Positions 17,991 through 32,163 of a DNA stretch of 32,163 nucleotides are shown piece after piece; position 1 is the first letter of the stretch, and every line of letters starts with the position of its first letter. This stretch comes from Macrostomum lignano (lineage: Eukaryota), in the NCBI GenBank assembly GCA_002269645.1, contig NIVC01004523.1:1-32163 (forward strand). The letters run 5' to 3'. The position numbers were made by a program, and so were the translations under genes. The notes beneath the pieces were generated by a model. That model was given only the letters and a program-made list of their open reading frames with translations, searched no databases and had not been told where the DNA came from.

Positions 17991-18509
17991 GCTTACGCAA
18001 CCGCCAAGCCAGGTCATCACATATAAAATATTTTGTTTAAAGATTTTCTACATTACCGCTAGTAGCTACGAGCTCGTACGCGGGCCAAAGATTGCTCAAA
18101 ACAATGTACAGTCGGTTAGGACCCATTTGTAAACTGATTTGAGTAATTTCGATTTAGCCTATGTACTGGTGGTAAGGTGAACCGGCATTATGGTGCATAC
18201 TAACAAGGTAAAATGCGTGTGAAAGAGCATATACGCTCGTAAGCAGTAACAAATTATGTACACTGTACTGTGTTTTTTTGGGCCAAACGTTTCTAATTCT
18301 AGAATGCACTTACGACCGCACTACTGGTGCTATTCAACAGCGTACATATTGCAGCGCAACCTGTAGTATTGCAACCTGTAGTAGATATCCTCAAAACAGT
18401 TGACTTAATTGACGAAAGTAATTGAAATAGGCTTCACATTTTCTAAGCGTAAGCCATTTCTAAGCCTTGAAACAGCTCAGCCGCAGCGTACGCATCGCAG
18501 GCTGAGTAC

Positions 18510-18645
18510 GGCTGTTCAGTCCAAGGACTGGGGTTCGCCTCACACACCCTCAATTACCTAAGCTAACTCTGGCACCCATTTTACAACTGTCTTGTCCAAG
18601 GTCACAGATTTTTCCGAGTGGTTTGAGTATCGAACCTCTGACCTA
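18510..18645 (+). repeat. Second copy of the SINE-like repeat, internally deleted
   Basis: The first 24 nt are identical to 1496-1519 and similarity continues to ~18583. It then continues with TGTCTTGTCCAAGGTCAC...TCGAACC. Confidence 0.6.
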
Positions 18646-19582
18646 TCATTCGTGAGGCAAAAAACAAAATCCCAGACTTTGCGGCAGCCAGTTGCACCAT
18701 GGCATTACCGCTTTCCGAACTCGGAAATAATTCAAACTATTAAAACTTGGTTTGACAACACAAGCAATTATCAAACGGCCATCCGTTTCCAAAAAAGCTT
18801 TCACAGGCCGCCATACCCCAAAAAGCTTGAGAACGACTTGTTTTAAATTGAGCTTGCGTATTTCAGTAAAAGTTTGTCATCTCCTTGGGACTGTAAGACC
18901 TATAGGTTCGCTTGAGACCGTTAGAAGTGTGTCACTCAGTTAGACTCAGTGTTAGACTCAGTACTGACGAGGATGTGCCACTATCATAGAGCCTCAGGTA
19001 AAAAAAGTGAGAATCTTCATCTTGGCGAAGCCAGCAGCTTCCTTACCTGCAGCTACGCGACCGAATTGAACCGGCTGCTGGTTCAGCAAAGTCCAATAAG
19101 TTATCTACAATAAGCAGATAGTTGTTGAATGCCTCCATTTATCTTAGGGCTTATTTTGTGAGCCTGGAGTGAAATGGGCGTTAGCCATCCACCCCTCCTC
19201 GCGCTGTACTGTGTGCCGCCTTTGTGCGCCCGTCCTCTCTACCCCTCTGTGGGGTGGGGGGGGGGGTTGCTCACCCGCATATTTACCTGCGCGCCACCCT
19301 CTCTGCTCTGACGTTGCAGGTCAAAAAAATTTTTTGATTCTTTTTTTCTTTTATTCTCGTTTGCTCGCCTGTTTATTTCTTATGTTCTTTGCCAATTACC
19401 TTGCGTGAAATTAGCCAAATAAACCTATCGGTTCCAAAGGGACGCTTTCCCCACCTCTCGCGCTGCTTCGTGCCATAGATTTTTGCCTGCCTGCTGTTTG
19501 TCTCTTTTGCTGTTGGGTGTGATTAGTTAATTATCACGAAGCGTCCGCCAACATAAGTTTTTTAATGTCACCACGAAATATT

Positions 19583-20277
19583 CCTTTTTACGTTCTATTT
19601 GATAAAAACTGCAACCAATTTGGCCACGGCTCAGCCTGACGCAGCCGCAGCAATTTTCCATAGACAGCCACCGCTAGCGGCAACCAATTTGGTAAAAACT
19701 GCGAGCTATTTTGCCAGCTTGAAGATAGCAGCTCAATAGCATAACAATAACGATAAAGAATGTTAACAATACATGCACGAAGTCAGAACATTATGTCCTC
19801 AGCATTCAAGCACCGATTGAAGTACGTCTGGGAATGGTTGATCCAGCGCAGGCACTTGAGAGGCGTGATGCAGTTCAGTGCTTGCTGCACTTCTCTCTTC
19901 AGAATGCGCATCCTGTGCTGATGCAGTGTCGCACCTGCTGCAGCAGCCAGTCCAGTATCTGCCACCTCGCGCTGAATGGCAGGTGATTGCAATTGCGTTT
20001 TCAGCTTGGCCTTCAGCGCTGAGCCTGCGTACTCCGCCGGGTTGATGAACGGCGAGTATGGAGGCAGGAATCGGTGAGCATGACCTTCAGACATCCCAGG
20101 TACGGCCCACGATTCGCCATCAGAGCAGCTGCTATCTTCAAGCTGGCAAAATAGCTCGCAGTTTTTACCAAATTGGTTGCCGCTAGCGGTGGCTGTCTAT
20201 GGAAAATTCTATGTCTATGGTCAGGCTGAGCCGTGGCCAAATTGGTTGCAGTTTTTATCAAATAGAACGTAAAAAGG
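19583..20277 (-). mobile_element. Internally deleted IS630/Tc1/mariner-superfamily DNA transposon with ~151-bp TIRs enclosing a transposase C-terminal fragment
   Basis: 19583-19733 is the reverse complement of 20127-20277 except for an 11-nt block. ORF 20094-19783 contains FLPPYSPFINPAE, the LPPYSPxxNPIE motif around the third catalytic residue of DDE transposases. TA dinucleotides lie at 19579-80 and 20280-81. Confidence 0.85.
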
Positions 20278-20885
20278 TATAGTTTTGATTAAATTTACGC
20301 TCGTAAATGTAAGTTATAGGCAAGCAACAGATAGACCAACAAGTATATTATCGCAAAGACAATGCTGTCCGAAGAACACAGCCAAAGCGCTTACTTTTGA
20401 AGTATAAAAAATTACAGGGGGCACTTTCAATGCGTTGCAACGAATGACAGCCAAAACGAGTAGCAACCGAAGAGACGATCAGTCAAATCGTAAATGGAAT
20501 TTGAAAGTGAGCAACCTAAATAAGCATCAAAGCACGAGTTTTAGCGATTTTAACAACATTGTTAAACGATACAGACGACTTTAAGGCTTTATTAGGAATA
20601 TTTTCAGGCTATATAGGTTAGCTCGTAACTTGGCTTCCAAAGATTATTGGCACTGCTGTGCGGATTGTTTATATTTTATTTTTTATTTTTAAATACCATA
20701 ATTCAATTCTATCCAGTTTAAAGCAAATATTTGTCATCTTTAGAAGTTCTAAGCTAATTTTGATAAATCAGACACCTTCTACAATATACAACTCAAAAAA
20801 CTTTGTAAGTCGTTGTGCATCTAAACAAAGCAAATTGCAGAAGTACCATCCAGTTTCATTCTCACAAAAGCACTGGGTCGATCAG

Positions 20886-27089
<6,204 letters not shown>

Positions 27090-27489
27090 TTTCTTTTGGT
27101 GCTGTTGCAATTTTTCAGATCTGAGAATTTTTAGCTTGCAGTTTAAGCAGTTCCGAACGTTCTTTAATTTCGTCGTCACCTTTAATTAATCTTTCCTTTT
27201 GGTTAAGGCATTTAGTTCATTCTTTCTAGGTGAGCTGTTTGTATTCAATCTCCTGTCTTACGATTCACTTTTTTCATTTTTAGCAATATCTAATCTATAC
27301 TCGGCACAGCTAACCCCCTCCCCCCCTCACTCAAGCTGCTAAACGGCCGAAAAGTTTTGCAGGCTATCGGTAAATGAAGAGGTTTTGTTATTTTTTTCAG
27401 AAATGAGCGAAGGCTGCCGCCGCCGGACGCCAGCGCAAAGTGCGGCATGCGGCATGGGGGAACTTGGGGGTTGCCGCAACGAAACCCAC

Positions 27490-27843
27490 AGTTCAAAGTC
27501 TCCAGACACGTCCACACATGTCGAGCATGTTTGGGACTTCGTAAAGCTAAGCGTTCAACAGGGTTGACCCGCCGAATGCTGAACTGTTGCAACTGGCGGT
27601 CCTGAATGCCTGGCAGCAGCTGCCCTAAGTGTTCATCAGCAAATATAATGTTGATCAGAATGCCACGACGAGTAATGGCACTTTTGCGTGCTCGCGGTTC
27701 CTACGCACGGTACTGCACTTGGCATTTTAGCTGTTGCCGAATATAAAACCGAAATTTTCGCAGCAAAGGGCTGATTCGCATGCAATGATTATCCTTATCC
27801 TTACGCCTACTGCTTAAAAATCGCTTTTCTGTCGCATAGTGTA
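27490..27843 (+). mobile_element. Degenerate Tc1-like transposase C-terminus with a possible right terminus
   Basis: Translations SKSPD..VEHVWDFVK, PNAELLQLAVLNAWQQLP* and MPRRVMALLRARGSYARY match the Tc1 C-terminal consensus (SPDLNPIEHVW..MPRR..A.I.ARG..T.Y). A possible terminus is CTTTTCTGTCGCATAGTG|TA at 27841-43. No left TIR was found. Confidence 0.7.
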
Positions 27844-28315
27844 TGACTCAGCGAGTGTACACTGAGTCTTATTGCCTATTGACTTTACTGACCATTTTTT
27901 TATTTGAGCGTTGTCACTTGTGACCCTTCCTCCTTTGCATACTACGTGTGTTATCTTAAACAATCAAGCGTTAAATGTTTGGGGCCTTATTTACGTTGTT
28001 TCAAGACCCACAGTGTTGAGTCTTAAAACAAACTATACAGTTGTCTTACCTACTTCTTTGATCTTTCGATTTTTTCAAACTCTATACTTTAAAACTTTCT
28101 CCCTTTTTACATAGAATAAAATTCTTTTAAAATTCTTATTACATTGCTCTATAGGCATATTATATATCAAGCTAATATACAATTAGGGTACATGAACGAA
28201 AATAGCTCAGAAAAGAATAAGGGGGGAGAGGTAAGAATATGCATAGAGCTAAGGAAAATGGCAGTGTACAAGTGTACAGTTGCTGATTTTTCAGTACAAC
28301 AGGGTTTTCAGGTTT

Positions 28316-28350
28316 CCCCTCTTTCTCTCTCCCCTCTCTCTCTCTCTCTT
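28316..28350. repeat. (CT)n microsatellite in the B/C divergent intergenic region
   Basis: CCCCTCTTTCTCTCTCCCCTCTCTCTCTCTCTCTT. Confidence 0.8.
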
Positions 28351-28672
28351 TTTTATACCCAGAAACTCAACGTTTAGACGACGTGTGCGCATGCAAAATG
28401 GTCAACTTGTGAAGCGGCTACAAGTTGTGCTTTCGCAAAAATCTATATCAGAAGCTTTAGGAAGAACGGCTATCCGCATATAAAAAAGCTTATACGAGTA
28501 AATATAAATTAAGTAATGTAAATGTAGTAATGTAAATATAAAAATACGAGTAAATGTGTATAATTGCTACGAACGTACCAAAAATTTCCTATGCTGTCCA
28601 TTGTAGCTCTAGAAAATATGTCATTATATTGATACCAAAAAACTAGCCACTGAGTTTTTCTTTCAATAGAAA

Positions 28673-31600
28673 ATGCGATTCAACCTTACTGGATTCTGCA
28701 GCAACCCACTCTTCGTAAGTTATTGAAAACTGTGTTATGATTTTAAAAATTGGAGCAGAAGGTTGACTAGGAGTACTTAAATATATTGCCAAACTGCTCA
28801 AATCAGGACGAGGCGGTGAGCTGGAACAGCGCCAGGCCCGTGTTCAGCGACTGCTTCTGCAAGTCCGCACTCGCGCTGCCTTCAGCTGCGCTGCTGCTCC
28901 TCTTCATTCCGTATCTCGTGTACCTCAGGTCCTTCCCGAGCTACTCGGTCAGATGGACTCGACTGTTCACTGCCAAAGTGGTAAGTCTCGTTCATACAGG
29001 CATGGAGCAAATCCACTAGTAATGACTCCTTATAATGTCGATCAATGACGGGTAAAGCAAAGGTGACACGAGAATTGCGCAACCATCCACAGCTGGTGTC
29101 AGCACTGCTGGTCGTCGCTCCATTCATGGACCTGCTGAAGGCTGCGTCGCAAGAGGCGAGCGGAGAAGAGCCGGACGCGATCAGCTACGTGTCGCCGAGT
29201 GTTCTGGTAGTGGCGTTGGTGAGTGCGGACTGACGAGAGCGTTGTGAGAGATGTGAGAAATCTGTGACAGACACCTCAAAACTGTGACACACACACACAT
29301 TCCAGATTGTGTGTCTGGTTGTGCAATCGGTGGAGCAGAAGAGGCTGATTGGAGCATCAGCGATGATGTTCTTCTTCTACATGATGTCTCTGGTGGTGTC
29401 GGTTCCCGTGTTGTACACCAGGATCATCATGTCCTCGGATGCTGTAAGTGAAGCGGTATGCTGCTTTTTAAATGGTTACTTTTACTCATAACTATGAGTA
29501 CCCGAAAAGTTCTTCCCACAATTATAAGTGGCTCATCCAGCAATTTGGAATTCTTGCAGGGCTCAGTTCTAGACGTCTACGGTCTGACGACGTTCTCATC
29601 GTACCTGGCTCTGCTGCTGACTCAGCTGGTCCTCACCTGTATCTACGACTCCGGTCTGACGCCTGCAGACGAGGCGGACGACTCTCCGACTGCGACTGGG
29701 TCGGTGGGAGCGGCTGGAGCAGTGCCAGCGGCGCAGAGACAGCCGGTGTTCGCCGAGTGTCGCTCGTCAATCATTTCGCGACTGACGTTTTCCTGGCTTG
29801 ACCGATCCGTGCTGAACGCGTACAGGAAGGAGATCGGAGAGGCGGACGTGAACCGGCTAGACCCGTCACTGCGAGTTCGGACTGTGCACGGAGAGTTTGT
29901 GCGCTACTTCCCTCCGCTGGTGGCGCTGTCACGAAGCGTGCGTGACGCGGCCGAGCAGCAAGAGAATCTGAGCTTTACTCATCATCGAGTCAATGCAGAC
30001 ACGGAGCAGCTGGTCGATTCGGGCGTCTCGGAGGGCGACCAGCTGCACAGCAATGACAGTAGAGACGGCGCTGGAGGTCGCCACCGACGCAAGCTTCTTC
30101 CGGCACTTTGGAAAGCATTCGGAGGCCAGCTGATGCTTTCTTGGGCTGTGGTGATGATTCATGGACTTCTAGAATTCGCTAACCGTTGCTACTGGAGCAG
30201 CTTATAAAGTTTTCTGGCAGCTCAGAGGAATTGTGGCACGGTTTCTTCTACACGTTTTTGTTCTTCAGCGTTGCTCTTCTTAGTAGTCTGGCATTTCACA
30301 ACTCCTGCCAGATCAGCCTCATGAGTGGCATCAAGATCCGATCCGCTCTGATTGCTGCAATCTACAGAAAAAGTAATTGAGACTGCGTTGATTGCATCAG
30401 GGTGGCTATTCATTGTCATATATTGCAAAAGTTACTTTATAGTCTTAAGAGAGATACAGTTGTTTTGATTCCTTTAGGCTTAGTTACTGTCTAGATTTGT
30501 CAATTCTGGGTACTTATTCGCATGCATTTAAAAATATGATGCCATTAGAACTGTTTTTATAAAGTGACTCTTTCTCCTAAAACTTTCGTTTTTATTAGCA
30601 TTGCCTAAGACTGACATTGCGTCGCTGAAAAGACTGCTACGCACGGCGAATGGTTGATGTCAATATTTGATCTAAAGAAAAATTTAGCGAGGCATTGTCT
30701 AGCAAAATGCATATGCGGGAGGGTGAGGAAATTTGCTTGCAAACTGATTTCGCACACGAATGCGCAGATAGTGTTTTAGTCGCAGGATGAGAAGCTAATT
30801 TCTCGCTTAGCTCGTGCTTGCACTTTTTGATGACGCGCACATTTGCAATGCAAACTTTCAGTCACTCTCGCTAACTCTTGAAGCTCGGTCTCGATCAACA
30901 GTCGGCGAGATTGTTAATCTTTTGACCGTTGATTCCAACAAAATCGCCGATGCTGTCCGTAAGTTATTGGGATTTGTGTATTCTATGTTAAAAAATAACA
31001 GTGCGTTTATGATAATATTTGAGTACCAATACTTTTCAAACAGCGTTTCTCTGGGTTGTTCTGGTGTCGCCAGTGCAAATTTTCCTGGCTCTGGTCATGC
31101 TTTGGATGCAGCTTGGCATCGCAGTGCTCGCCGGGATTGCAGTATTTCTTGTAATCATCCCGCTCAACGCCGTTGTCATGGTCAAGTCGCAAAGTCTGGA
31201 GGAGCGCGAGATGAAAACCAAAGACGAGAGAATGAGGCTGCTTAACGAAGTGATCAACGCGATGAAAGTAATCAAACTTTACGCTTGGGAGCCGTCATTT
31301 TGGCAGAAAATTGACCAGGTCAGGAAGAAAGAAGTGGGCCTACTCGCGAAAAACGCCTATTTGCTCGTACTCGTGGTCGTCTCGTGGACAGTGGCACCCT
31401 TTCTCGTGATGGTTGTCACTTTTATCACTTACATCTACTCCGGTAATGATCACGTGCTGACCGCCAGCAAAGCTTTTGTATCTCTACGCTGTTCAACATT
31501 CTTCATTTTCCAATCGCTGTGCTACCCTGGACAATAACTGAGTCTGTCAATGTAAGTCCTCACCTAGATTCGAGTATGTTAATTCATTGCACCCAACGAG

Positions 31601-32106
31601 CCGTAAACCCTGGCATAAAATATTATAAAAAATCGTTATCTTTAGGCTTACGTGTCACTAAAGCGAATACAGAGATTTCTTGATGAAGACGATATCGATG
31701 ACTCCAGTGTACTGAAGCTGCCGTCCTCTGGTAAACAATTTTTTAATGAAATAAACTAAATTATCTGCTTCGTCAAAATTAATTGCAATCATTCTAAATT
31801 CCACAGAAAATCATGGGGCAGCGATTGAAGTTGTTAATGGATCTTTTGCGTGGAAACGAAGCGACACTGAGGCATTGTTACAAAAGTGAAGCCTGTTTAT
31901 TTCTTCTGTCTTTTCTCTGTACAGCAATATGTTTGTTGATATCAGTAATACAAATTCTCTATTACTTGCCAAAATTACAGCATAAACCTCACTGTACCTA
32001 GAGGCAGTCTCGTGGCGGTAGTGGGCAAAGTCGGTTGCGGCAAGTCTTCGCTGCTGCAGTCCGTGCTGGGGAAACAGTGAGACTCTGTGGCAGTGTTGCT
32101 ATGACG
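28673..32106 (+). CDS. ABCC1-like: ABCC/MRP1-like exporter, copy C, 5' part (TMD0, L0, TMD1, start of NBD1); continues beyond the window; four 1-nt indels (pseudogene or assembly errors)
   Basis: Exons 28673-28714, 28807-28980, 29093-29218, 29306-29443, 29560-30372, 30862-30958, 31044-31551, 31646-31730, 31807-31885 and 31981-32106. Walker A GKVGCGKS lies in the last exon. Frame breaks versus A and B: -1 at 30183-84, +1 at 30368-72, -1 at ~31486 and -1 at 32068-71. Confidence 0.88.
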
Positions 32107-32163
32107 GTGAGCCTGTTTTTACCCTCACTAACACCTGCATTAAAGCACATTAACTCTGCATCA

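Noticed and set aside
18934-18962. Short tandem (GT)TAGACTCAGT units as a CRISPR-like array
   Set aside because: Only 2-3 adjacent units, no spacers, eukaryotic context; an ordinary slippage repeat.
18964-19030. CTGACGAG resembling a hammerhead ribozyme core
   Set aside because: No matching stem II or GAAA-stem III arrangement follows.

Overview
Eukaryotic (animal, intron-containing) genomic DNA. The composition and heavy tandem duplication suggest an invertebrate, possibly a free-living flatworm, but this is inference. The window holds a transporter cluster. There are two tandem 4-exon SLC10 (Na+/bile-acid symporter family) genes on + (611-4086, which has a 1-nt frameshift, and 5529-8596, intact). 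These are followed by three paralogous long-form ABCC/MRP1-like ABC exporters: A on - (15554-9070, 14 exons, one in-frame TGA), B on - (27089-20886, 14 exons, intact) and C on + (28673 to beyond the window end, four 1-nt indels). All exon chains were reconstructed by hand with GT-AG sites and consistent phases. Between and within the genes are a TSD-flanked retro-insertion, a MITE, SINE-like repeats, a decayed Ty3/gypsy element and two Tc1/IS630-like remnants. The most interesting signal is domain-wise mosaic homogenisation among the ABCC paralogs. TMD0/L0, most of NBD1 and NBD2 are near-identical, including some introns, while TMD1, TMD2 and the 42-nt first exons are strongly diverged. One breakpoint left a relic splice donor, and B and C form ~1.1 kb inverted arms around their promoters and first exons. 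All identities were judged by eye; no alignment program or database was run.
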